A stretch of 64,000 nucleotides of DNA from Methylococcaceae bacterium (GTDB lineage Bacteria; Patescibacteriota; Microgenomatia; UBA1400; PJMF01): positions 43,579 through 107,578 of the forward strand of contig JBILVZ010000001.1 in assembly GCA_044370175.1 (NCBI GenBank), in the 5' to 3' direction. The number at the start of each line of letters is the position of its first letter. The first letter of the stretch is position 1. Below, one piece after another: positions 41,667 to 50,155 of the stretch. The notes under the pieces are model-generated. The model saw only the letters and a program-made list of their open reading frames with translations, was not told the origin of the DNA and did not search any database. Both the position numbers and the translations under genes were made by a program.

Positions 41667-41717
41667 TTATTTAGAGAGTTGCCACCAAGAGAACAGTGAA
41701 AAACATGTCTGTGACAT
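41667..41717 (-). CDS. trpL: Trp leader peptide MSQTCFSLFSWWQLSK
   Basis: 16-codon ORF with tandem TGG TGG (41682-41687), followed by antiterminator and terminator, upstream of trpS; TATAAT 7 nt before its ATG. Confidence 0.85.
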   Translation of the reverse strand: MSQTCFSLFSWWQLSK

Positions 41718-41762
41718 GGAACGTATTATACGCGAAAACTAAAGTGAGCCAAGCAGGAGGAT

Positions 41763-42638
41763 TTATAACTCTTCAATCTGAATATTTGGTTGCATGTCTG
41801 GAGCTTCGATCAGCTTTAAGTATTTTTCAGTGGTGGTAATGCGTTTGTGACCCACCAATTGAGAAATATATACTAGAGGAGTCCCCGCTTTGAGCTGCTC
41901 GACGATAAAAGTGTGGCGTAGATCATTTACTTTCGCATCTTTAATACCTGCCAAACGGAAGTAGCGATCGAGAGCAGTGCGGATATTGCGCACTAAAAAT
42001 GGACGGCACGTCTTGGTGAGGAACATAGTTTTTTCACGAGCACGAGGGCGGGCGGCCATATAATCCATGATCGATTGTTTAGCAGCAGCATTTAATGGTA
42101 CACGACGGGCCCCACGAGCTTCTTGTGGTTGAATCGTGATGACGTTGCGATCTAAGTCTACATCCTGGACTTGGAGCGCAGCTAGTTCACTAATGCGCAT
42201 TCCTGTCTGGAGTAGTAACTCAACGACTGCAGCCATCCGCGCATCACCCCGACAAGCATCACGCAGGGCGCGATACTCAGTCTTACTTAAAATTCTTGGT
42301 GGAGATTGGTCATATTTTGGGTGAGCAATTACGTCAGCTGGATTATCGCCGATAGCACCTTGGTTCTGTAGGTAGCGGAAAAATGCTTTAATAGAGTTAA
42401 TTTTTCGAGAGATAGATTTGCCTGTGTAACGCTGTTTTTTGAGTAGTTCTTTAAAATCTTCAATGTGTGTGTCACTGACATCAGAAGCGTTTCTGCCATT
42501 TTTTTCACGCTCAACATAGTCAATCAGCTGCTCGATGTCTTTACTATAGGCAATGACAGTAGCATGAGCTTTGGCAGCTTGCTTTAATGAATCAACAAAC
42601 TGGCCGTGTGCATCCCGCAGTGTAGTACTAGCGTCCAT
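41763..42638 (-). CDS. Tyrosine recombinase, XerC/XerD-like
   Basis: TGMRISEL, DLRHTF, LVGH, TTEKY catalytic residues; SAM-like N-domain. Confidence 0.92.
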   Translation of the reverse strand: MDASTTLRDAHGQFVDSLKQAAKAHATVIAYSKDIEQLIDYVEREKNGRNASDVSDTHIEDFKELLKKQRYTGKSISRKINSIKAFFRYLQNQGAIGDNPADVIAHPKYDQSPPRILSKTEYRALRDACRGDARMAAVVELLLQTGMRISELAALQVQDVDLDRNVITIQPQEARGARRVPLNAAAKQSIMDYMAARPRAREKTMFLTKTCRPFLVRNIRTALDRYFRLAGIKDAKVNDLRHTFIVEQLKAGTPLVYISQLVGHKRITTTEKYLKLIEAPDMQPNIQIEEL

Positions 42639-42759
42639 AATTTCTTTCTAATTACTTCCTAGGCAAAATTCAAGCCGTTGCGTACAATGTAGCCATGTCT
42701 CAGATACATCAAAGGTGAATTTGCAGGACTTATAGTATCATAAGAAGTGATTTTTTGCA

Positions 42760-43113
42760 ATGCAAAAACTGCTATCCCATCCTATTACTCTTGCGCTCTG
42801 CACCACACTCGCAATTATATTTTATGTTTCACTAGATAAAAGTACGCAAACGGTGCACACCTCTGCTACAACTTTACAAAGTCTCGAACAACAAAATAAA
42901 AAACTCGATACAGAAGTCAAAATACTCGAGGAGCAGGTGCAGTCGGCCCAGACTGAGCTTGCTAAAGAGAAAATCATCCGCAACGAACTCTTGCTGCAAA
43001 AACCAGGAGAGTATGTTGTCCAACTACCAGAGGACATACTACAACCACAGCAAAAAACTGAAACTGAAATACCAGAAACTCCCTGGGAGGCGTGGAAGCG
43101 GCTACTCTACTAA
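42760..43113 (+). CDS. Septum formation initiator (FtsB/DivIC-like)
   Basis: TM plus coiled coil plus EKIIRNELLLQKPGE motif. Confidence 0.8.
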   Translation: MQKLLSHPITLALCTTLAIIFYVSLDKSTQTVHTSATTLQSLEQQNKKLDTEVKILEEQVQSAQTELAKEKIIRNELLLQKPGEYVVQLPEDILQPQQKTETEIPETPWEAWKRLLY

Positions 43114-43129
43114 ACAGAGAATCTCTAGT

Positions 43130-44323
43130 TTAAGCCAAGATGTACAACTCTTCTTCGGCTCGAGTGATGGCGGTATACAACCAACGCACGGCATGTTCTT
43201 TAAACAAAAATGACTCATCAAATACAAGCGCACGCAGTGCCTGAGAACCTTGGGCTTTGTGCACGGTCAAAGCATAGCCAAAATCAAAACGATCACCCAT
43301 TTTGCTAAAGTGAACACCCGGTAATGTATCGAGCATTTTGGGTGCATTAAACTGCTGTTTACAGATGTGCCCCGCATACGTTTTGGCATCATCACTAAAC
43401 TCCACCTTTGCTTTATACCAGAGCTCTTCTTCTGGACTGATTGAGCTAATTGTACCAATCATGCCGTTGTAAATCGGCCCAGTTTTATTTTCATAAATAT
43501 TTTTTAAACAAACAACAGTATCACCTTTCTGGGGTTCTGGAGATTCAATTCCCTTGGCTGCACGCACTTGACCATTGAGCTTGATACGGGTTTTATTGCT
43601 GCCACATAAGATGAGTGTGTCATTGGTTTGTATAAAGAAGCGTTCCAATAAGTCTGAAGCGTCTTCACTGTAGCGGGAGACTTTGCGTACTTTGCTAGTA
43701 AAATTTTGGAACGGAATTTCCTGCCCCTGCCGAGCCATCGTCGCTAGGTGAATGATGGGATTGCCATCGGCTTGGCGGTGAATTTTTTCAAGACGTACCA
43801 TTGGTTTTTCCATCAAGTTGAAGGTATCACCAATCGGGGGTAACTGCCCATGATCTCCAAAAGCTAGGATAGGAATTTGATAGCGCTGCAGATCCTGCCA
43901 AATATCTCGCGTGATCATCGAAGCCTCATCCACAATGAGTAAGTCGTACTCTAGTTTTTTGTTTCGTTCCCAAGAAACGATACGCCCCTCCTTGTCAGTT
44001 TGCGCAGTGTAGATCAGTTTATGGATCGTACCATTGGTATCAAGCTCAGGATGAAATGCTTTTTGCTGCTGTAGTTTGTTGCCCAAGTTTTGACTGGCTC
44101 TTCCTGTAAAACTTGCAAAGGCAATCCGTTTTTTTGGCTGATGTTTGGCAATATAGTTGCGTAACACACCAATCAGTGTGGTTTTGCCTGTCCCAGCATA
44201 GCCTCCAATACTCAAAAACGCCCCTGTCGGATTGTTGAGCCAATCAATGATGGCAGTAAAAACCTTGAGTTGGTCGGGTGAGAGATCAAATGACTCAGCT
44301 AGGGATTGTAGCGAGCTTGGCAT
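43130..44323 (-). CDS. SF1B RecD/Dda-like DNA helicase
   Basis: GYAGTGKT, VDEASM, GDHGQLPPI, HRQA, YALTVHKAQGS, YTAITRA. Confidence 0.92.
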   Translation of the reverse strand: MPSSLQSLAESFDLSPDQLKVFTAIIDWLNNPTGAFLSIGGYAGTGKTTLIGVLRNYIAKHQPKKRIAFASFTGRASQNLGNKLQQQKAFHPELDTNGTIHKLIYTAQTDKEGRIVSWERNKKLEYDLLIVDEASMITRDIWQDLQRYQIPILAFGDHGQLPPIGDTFNLMEKPMVRLEKIHRQADGNPIIHLATMARQGQEIPFQNFTSKVRKVSRYSEDASDLLERFFIQTNDTLILCGSNKTRIKLNGQVRAAKGIESPEPQKGDTVVCLKNIYENKTGPIYNGMIGTISSISPEEELWYKAKVEFSDDAKTYAGHICKQQFNAPKMLDTLPGVHFSKMGDRFDFGYALTVHKAQGSQALRALVFDESFLFKEHAVRWLYTAITRAEEELYILA

Positions 44324-44435
44324 AGACCGTAGTTATACACCAGTATGGAGTAAATTACATCCGAAAGGCTAGCGCGTACTCAATTTTGCAATAAATCTTG
44401 ATTTTTTGCTTTGGAGCATCTATATAGTACGTAAC

Positions 44436-45062
44436 ATGAAAAAAACTAAAGAAGATTTGACCACTATTGAAAGTCTTGGAAACCATATCGCTCGAGCAGT
44501 TATTGTTGCCCCAGAGCTACACCCCAAAACAAACCAAAAACATGGTGATGTAGTGGTTTTTACTCGTCGCCCATATTGGTCAAAGATAGCACCGGGGGCT
44601 ATTGCCTTGCCTGGAGGAAAAATTGAGTTTGGGGAGAATACTACTGCAGGTGACTTTACAGATATTCTTCCTGCTGAAGTCCAGAATGATCCATTCTATA
44701 GCATCACACTTGAGCAAATGATTCAGGCTGGACTCCACGCTGTAGTGCGTGAGTCTGCAGAAGAACTGGGACTCCTCCTTTTGGCTAAACAGTTGCGGTT
44801 TGTTGACAAATCAACGAATACTGCAGGATGGACAACGTATTGCTATCTAGTTCAATTACTAGAAAAACCTATACTTACAGTAGAATCAGATAGTGCAGGG
44901 ACACTTTGGATGGATACAGATACTATTTTAAACAAGCGACCAAAATTATTATCAGGACATCTTGCCGTGACGCGCAGAGCACTTCGTATACGTAGGAAAA
45001 TAATTCAACCAGATCTAACTTTTACTAATGTTGCGGGGCCGGGAGTCGAACCCGGCCTGTGA
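44436..45062 (+). CDS. NUDIX-like hydrolase with insertion in the Nudix box
   Basis: ALPGGKIEFGE...RESAEELGL; 3' end runs antisense into the tRNA. Confidence 0.75.
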   Translation: MKKTKEDLTTIESLGNHIARAVIVAPELHPKTNQKHGDVVVFTRRPYWSKIAPGAIALPGGKIEFGENTTAGDFTDILPAEVQNDPFYSITLEQMIQAGLHAVVRESAEELGLLLLAKQLRFVDKSTNTAGWTTYCYLVQLLEKPILTVESDSAGTLWMDTDTILNKRPKLLSGHLAVTRRALRIRRKIIQPDLTFTNVAGPGVEPGL

Positions 45063-45099
45063 GATTATGAGCCTCACGTGCACCGTACACTACCCCGCG
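45031..45099 (-). tRNA. tRNA-Met(CAU), initiator type, atypical; CCA not encoded
   Basis: CGCGGGG...CCCCGCA-A with C1xA72 mismatch, CTCATAA loop, CCGGG-TTCGACT-CCCGG T-arm. Confidence 0.88.
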
Positions 45100-45265
45100 C
45101 GTGCATTTTCCCAATCAAGATAACTCTTGAGGAGTCTTAATTATACCATACCCCCACCCCAACCAGAGGGGCAAAAGATGCATTGAGTACACTTTCCTGC
45201 CTGACCAACACACCAAAATCTGCTATAATTTGCGCGTTGTGAGGTACAATACAGCACAGTATAGC

Positions 45266-45339
45266 GCCAGGGTAGCTCAGTTGGTTAGAGCATGGGATTC
45301 ATAAACCCAAGGTCGTGAGTTCGAATCTCACCTCTGGTA
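45266..45339 (+). tRNA. tRNA with CAU anticodon (elongator Met, or Ile2); CCA not encoded
   Basis: GCCAGGG TA GCTC AGTTGGTTA GAGC A TGGGA TTCATAA ACCCA AGGTC GTGAG TTCGAAT CTCAC CTCTGGT A. Confidence 0.92.
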
Positions 45340-45343
45340 CACT

Positions 45344-45955
45344 ATGGTACGCTTTTCTTTTTCAGACCCTAATGTCATAGCAGCCACTAGTTATAAAACC
45401 ACTTCCTCCCCGTTTCCAGAACTACCTGAGCTAGCAAAAACGCATGTGGTGGCAATGAACCAAACTCACGGAGCCAACTGCAGCATCGTCACGAACTACA
45501 CAACAGAGACGGTACTCGACACCGATGCTGTTTTGACTTCACTTCCTAACCTAACACTATCCGTCAAGACCGCCGACTGTCTACCAATCCTTTTATGGCA
45601 TCCCAAAGGCATTATTGGGGCACTCCATGCTGGGAGGCTTGGAACAAGACAACATATCTTAAAAAAAACACTTCGATTGCTCAAAACTCAGTTTGCGGTA
45701 GTAGATGGTGTGGAGTTGGTTTTTGGGCCTGCTATTTGCAAAGATTGTTACTCCATTCAGCTCAACCCAACAGTTTATTTTGATTTAGTACAGGAAAACA
45801 TCAAGCAAGCTCAGGATATCTTTCCTTCTCCCCAAATTAAAATACAACTCTCTGGGCGCTGTACTGCTCACGAGGGAGAATTTTTTCATTCCTACCGACG
45901 AGATGGCAAAGGTGTGCCTATGAACTATAGTCTGATTTGTAGAGGTGAAAACTGA
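45344..45955 (+). CDS. pgeF: YfiH/PgeF (laccase-domain, purine nucleoside phosphorylase-like) protein
   Basis: QTHG, TADCLPILL, HAG, GPAI..CY, FHSYRR. Confidence 0.88.
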   Translation: MVRFSFSDPNVIAATSYKTTSSPFPELPELAKTHVVAMNQTHGANCSIVTNYTTETVLDTDAVLTSLPNLTLSVKTADCLPILLWHPKGIIGALHAGRLGTRQHILKKTLRLLKTQFAVVDGVELVFGPAICKDCYSIQLNPTVYFDLVQENIKQAQDIFPSPQIKIQLSGRCTAHEGEFFHSYRRDGKGVPMNYSLICRGEN

Positions 45956-45956
45956 A

Positions 45957-47201
45957 CTAGCTACCCCAACCCAAAAGGCGTTGGAAGAAGCCTGGTTTTT
46001 TTGGCTCTGCGATAGGTTCCGCAGACGGGGGTGCTGTGGGCTCTGTAGGAGCTGTCTGGGTGAGAGCAATTTTTGGAGTTTTTTCTAATGAATTAATGTC
46101 CTGGGCAGTTAGTCTTTTTACAGACTGTGCTGGCGTTTCAACTATTATTTCTGGAAGCTCTGGAAGTGCCTCGGGAGTCGGCAGAACCGCCTTCTCTTCT
46201 GGTGCATCCAACATTGCCTGCGTTTGTACCTGAGGCTCAGCTTCTCTTTTTTCTCGCGCAGTTCTCTCTTGTTGCACCTTTTGCAGCTTAGTGGTAAAGG
46301 TATCCCACAACTGGAGTGCACGATCCACCACTCTCAGTTTCTGCACAACATCGACTGCCATCAGCTGCTCGTCTTTGAGCACTAACATGATCAATTCTTG
46401 ACCAGTGACTTCTCGGGTGGGAAAGCGCACACGATACTCAGCAAGAATACGATCTGCGTTGGTTTGGACAAACGCTTCCTGCTCTCTTTTTTCTTTGGCC
46501 GCCTGCTCAGCTTGTTTTTTTGCTGCCAACTCGGCTTGGGTGCGGGCAATGTCGCGTGCTTGTTGTGCTTGCGCACGATAATCAATTCGCGGGCGACGTT
46601 CAGGCTCTGGGGCAGGTACTAGATTGGTTACTGCGGGTGCTTCTGGTGCTTGCGTAGTGGAAACTTGAGCTGCTCCTACTGTACGAGCAGCAGTTTCGGG
46701 ACTAGTATTTGAGATTTCTTGATTTACGAGCGGTGTAACAGGAGTGAGCAATACTTGAGCTCCCGCTAGAGCTTCTGGGGAAGAAGCTACAGCGTCGGTA
46801 CGATCTGGAGGTCGTTGTATGCTCGCCATAAGCTGCATAATATTTAGCTCTCTTTTTCCGCCACCGATCAAGTCTAGTACTTTCTGCCAAGGTAATTTAC
46901 GACCAGCCGTCTCTGTTTTTGCTTGCTGCTCACGGTGGGCTATCTCTGCTTTAACTGCTCTCAACTCTTCCATTCGGGCACTAAACTCACTCCTAGAAGA
47001 AGCACTATTTGCATACATTTGTAGGTTTGCTGCATGCGCGCGCAGTTCTCTCATAGATGCACTCGGATCTATCCGAAGTTTTTCTAAAATTTGTCTTCGC
47101 GCAACATCAGACCCATTATTAAGTCCACGGTTGTCGCCGCGTAGAGTGGCTTCACCATTCCCATTGGCATGCACAAGATGAACTAATTCTAGTGTGGTCA
47201 T
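45957..47201 (-). CDS. Hypothetical coiled-coil/Pro-rich protein with C-terminal amphipathic helix
   Basis: 414 aa, ends KKPGFFQRLLGWGS. Confidence 0.7.
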   Translation of the reverse strand: MTTLELVHLVHANGNGEATLRGDNRGLNNGSDVARRQILEKLRIDPSASMRELRAHAANLQMYANSASSRSEFSARMEELRAVKAEIAHREQQAKTETAGRKLPWQKVLDLIGGGKRELNIMQLMASIQRPPDRTDAVASSPEALAGAQVLLTPVTPLVNQEISNTSPETAARTVGAAQVSTTQAPEAPAVTNLVPAPEPERRPRIDYRAQAQQARDIARTQAELAAKKQAEQAAKEKREQEAFVQTNADRILAEYRVRFPTREVTGQELIMLVLKDEQLMAVDVVQKLRVVDRALQLWDTFTTKLQKVQQERTAREKREAEPQVQTQAMLDAPEEKAVLPTPEALPELPEIIVETPAQSVKRLTAQDINSLEKTPKIALTQTAPTEPTAPPSAEPIAEPKKPGFFQRLLGWGS

Positions 47202-47291
47202 ATATTTATAGTAACAAATTTATTTTGTAAATGTAAGCTACATGCGTATATTTACATATCATCTATGTATGGTATAATTACCAGCTTGCCT

Positions 47292-47969
47292 ATGCCAAAT
47301 CATACCCCTGAATCTCTTACCCCTAGACGTTCTCAAGAACCTGGATGTCAAGTAGAACGCATTATCGAACGAGCTGTATCAGTTTCTTTGCAAGGAATAC
47401 AAATAGAGCATAATGACCAATATGAAGCGATTAAAGCATATCTTGTTGCGGTCATATATAAGCAGTACCAAGGTATGCATGCTGAACATACTACCCATGC
47501 TGATTTCAGTTTTGAATATTTTTTAAAGCAAGTGCATCTTGCAGTTGCATCTGATGATCAGACATTGCAAAACGATATGCGATCTCTGCTGATTGCCAGT
47601 GGAGTTATCGAGGATACCATATCGTGGATGCAGAGGATCGTAAAAAATATAACTGCTACCTCCAACCAGGGTTCCGTATGTATTCAGGCACTCATGCAGC
47701 CTGATATTTTGTTGGATAAAACTTGTACTTTCATACCTAAACCACCGTATGAGCTCTCACCAAAATACCTATCTCAGGAGCTCCATTTGAGGGCGACACA
47801 CATACCTTCTGACTATCCTCCACTTGTCTACTGGCCATTAACTCAAGATGAACATCTGTATGTTTTTTTTGTATTAGGACTATACAGTCAACCATCAGCA
47901 ATTGAGTGGAGTGTACTTGAACTTCTTGCTGAGACAGAGACTGATTCTTATACACAAATAACTACTTGA
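47292..47969 (+). CDS. Hypothetical protein
   Basis: ORF after a TATAAT box, followed by a terminator. Confidence 0.55.
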   Translation: MPNHTPESLTPRRSQEPGCQVERIIERAVSVSLQGIQIEHNDQYEAIKAYLVAVIYKQYQGMHAEHTTHADFSFEYFLKQVHLAVASDDQTLQNDMRSLLIASGVIEDTISWMQRIVKNITATSNQGSVCIQALMQPDILLDKTCTFIPKPPYELSPKYLSQELHLRATHIPSDYPPLVYWPLTQDEHLYVFFVLGLYSQPSAIEWSVLELLAETETDSYTQITT

Positions 47970-47989
47970 GCTCTATGAACAAACCAACA

Positions 47990-48009
47990 GACCTCCCCGA
48001 GGGGAGGTC
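47990..48009. terminator. Hairpin between convergent ORF and groEL
   Basis: GACCTCCCC-ga-GGGGAGGTC. Confidence 0.75.
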
Positions 48010-48052
48010 CGTTTTGTATTGAGTAGTTACTCACTATTTTTTAGCCAACCAC

Positions 48053-49675
48053 CTACATCATGCCACCCATGTCAGGCGCACCTGCTGGGGCTTTTTTGTC
48101 TTCTGGAACATCAGTGACCAAGCAGTCAGTAGTCAAGATCATCGAGCCGATTGACTCTGAAAACTGTAGTGCAGACATAGCTACTTTTGCTGGTTCAATT
48201 ACTCCAGCTTTGATCATATCGCCATATTCATTGGTGATGACGTTAAAACCAAACGTAGGCTCATCTTGTTGTTTGATTTTGTAGATAACTTCACCCTCAT
48301 CTACCCCAGAGTTGCGTGCCAACATTCGCAATGGTTGTTCGAGCACTTCTTTGATGAGAGCAACTCCCACTCCTTCGTCATAACTTGCTGATTTGAGGTT
48401 CTGCAAGACTTTACCTGCTTGGATGTAGGTCACCCCACCACCTGGGATGATACCTTCATCAATTGCAGCTTTTAGAGCTTCTTTAGCATCTTTGACGCGT
48501 TCCTGCAGGTTCTTCATCTCGGTCTCGCTGGCAGCTCCAACCTGGATGACAGCAACTCCACCGGTCAGCTTAGCTTTACGCTCAGTCATTTTTTCTTTAT
48601 CAAAGTCTGAGGTTGCTTTTTCAATCTGAGCTTCAATTTGAGCGACACGGCCATCAATATCACTTTGGGCACCTTTGCCGCCAACTACCACTGTTTCATC
48701 TTTGGTAGAGCGCACCATGTCAGCACGACCCAAGTCTTCGACGGAAGCATCTTTAAGTGAGCGACCAGTTTCGGTAGCAATCAGATTGGCACCAGTCAAT
48801 ATAGCAATGTCTTGGAGCATTTCTTTTTTGCGATCACCAAACCCAGGAGCTTTGACTGCTAAAACATTAAATGCACCGCGTAGTTTATTGACTACCAGAG
48901 TGGTCAGCGCTTCTCCATCAATATCATCTGCGATTAACACGAGATCTTTAGAGATCTTCATGAATCCTTCAAGTAAAGGCAAAAGATCTTGAATGCTCGA
49001 GATTTTTTGATCAGTGACCAAGATGTATGGGTTCTTGATTTCTGATTCCATACTGTCGGCATTAGTCACAAAATATGCTGAAGCATAGCCCTTATCGAGG
49101 ATCATGCCTTTTTTGTGATCGATCGTGATCTCTAAGGTCTTGCCTTCTTCTACTTCAAGAACACCATCTTTACCAACCAACTTGAGTGCTTCTGCTACCT
49201 TTTTACCAATTATTTCATTTTGTGCAGAAATGGTCGCAACCTTTTCCCAATCAGATTCTTTGACAGGTTTTGCCAAGCGGCGAATTTCTGCCACCACTGC
49301 ATCTACTGCTTTATCCATACCACGCTTCATCAGCATTGGGTTGACTCCAGCAGTGACGTACTTCATGCCTTTGACTGCAATCTGCTGAGCCAATAGTGTG
49401 GCAGTCGTAGTACCATCGCCTGCAGCCTCGTTGGTTTTACTAGCTGCTTCTTTGACGAGCTGAGCACCCATATTCTCAAATTTATCTTCAAGTGAAATCT
49501 CCTTGGCAACACTCACACCATCGTGTAAGACAGTTGGGGCACCCCATGGCTTATCAATTGCCACGTTACGTCCCTTTGGACCTAGTGTTGTGGTTACTGC
49601 ATTGGCAAGTTTTGTAATACCTGCAAGCATTTTTTGTCTTGCATCATCTCCAAAAGCTAATTGTTTTGCTGGCAT
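48053..49675 (-). CDS. groL: Chaperonin GroEL
   Basis: TLGPKGRNV, AGDGTTTAT, KAPGFGDR, GGM tail. Confidence 0.99.
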   Translation of the reverse strand: MPAKQLAFGDDARQKMLAGITKLANAVTTTLGPKGRNVAIDKPWGAPTVLHDGVSVAKEISLEDKFENMGAQLVKEAASKTNEAAGDGTTTATLLAQQIAVKGMKYVTAGVNPMLMKRGMDKAVDAVVAEIRRLAKPVKESDWEKVATISAQNEIIGKKVAEALKLVGKDGVLEVEEGKTLEITIDHKKGMILDKGYASAYFVTNADSMESEIKNPYILVTDQKISSIQDLLPLLEGFMKISKDLVLIADDIDGEALTTLVVNKLRGAFNVLAVKAPGFGDRKKEMLQDIAILTGANLIATETGRSLKDASVEDLGRADMVRSTKDETVVVGGKGAQSDIDGRVAQIEAQIEKATSDFDKEKMTERKAKLTGGVAVIQVGAASETEMKNLQERVKDAKEALKAAIDEGIIPGGGVTYIQAGKVLQNLKSASYDEGVGVALIKEVLEQPLRMLARNSGVDEGEVIYKIKQQDEPTFGFNVITNEYGDMIKAGVIEPAKVAMSALQFSESIGSMILTTDCLVTDVPEDKKAPAGAPDMGGMM

Positions 49676-49727
49676 ATCTTCCTTTCAAATCTTTATATCT
49701 TGTTTTTAAAATACGTATGTACTACGG

Positions 49728-50036
49728 TTACTGTTGGACTACTGCCAACAAATCTTCAAACTTGAGAAATTGATACTCGGTATCACCAATTTTAAACTCA
49801 GTCCCCCCCCATTTTTTGTAGATAACTTGTTCTTTTTCTTTGACTGGACAAGCAATTTTTGCTCCATCATCCATGACAGCATCTCCACAAGCAACAACCG
49901 TACCGTGCTGTGGTTTTTCATTGTCAGAATCGGGTAAATAAATACCGGAAGCAGTTTTGGTCTGCTTTTGTGCAGGTTCTACCAGCACGTAGCCTGGTAG
50001 TGGCTTAATTTTTGATACAGGAATAGATTGAAACAT
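49728..50036 (-). CDS. groS: Co-chaperonin GroES
   Basis: IKPL, KTASGIYLPD, upstream of groEL. Confidence 0.97.
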   Translation of the reverse strand: MFQSIPVSKIKPLPGYVLVEPAQKQTKTASGIYLPDSDNEKPQHGTVVACGDAVMDDGAKIACPVKEKEQVIYKKWGGTEFKIGDTEYQFLKFEDLLAVVQQ

Positions 50037-50077
50037 AGAACTCCTTTATATACAAAGTATATTGGTATGTACTTATT

Positions 50078-50130
50078 TTAGCAGTCTTTTGTTTCAGCTG
50101 CTATCAGCAGATAATATAAAAGACTGCTAA
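50078..50130 (-). promoter_or_regulatory. Tandem CIRCE-like operators over the groES promoter
   Basis: Plus strand TTAGCAGTC-N9-AGCTGCTAT and TCAGCAGAT-N9-GACTGCTAA, overlapping TTGACA-N17-TATATT on the minus strand. Confidence 0.82.
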
Positions 50131-50155
50131 TGACCTGTCAACAAGCAAGTATGAC

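Noticed and set aside
41541-41760. T-box riboswitch upstream of trpS
   Set aside because: No recognisable T-box (AAnnnAGGTGGnACC) or specifier stem, and the region is too short; the TGGTGG present is explained as Trp codons of the leader peptide
41763-45099. Tyrosine recombinase + helicase + NUDIX next to a tRNA as an integrated element
   Set aside because: The recombinase looks like a chromosomal Xer, a cell-division gene lies inside the interval, and no att duplication or phage/plasmid genes were seen
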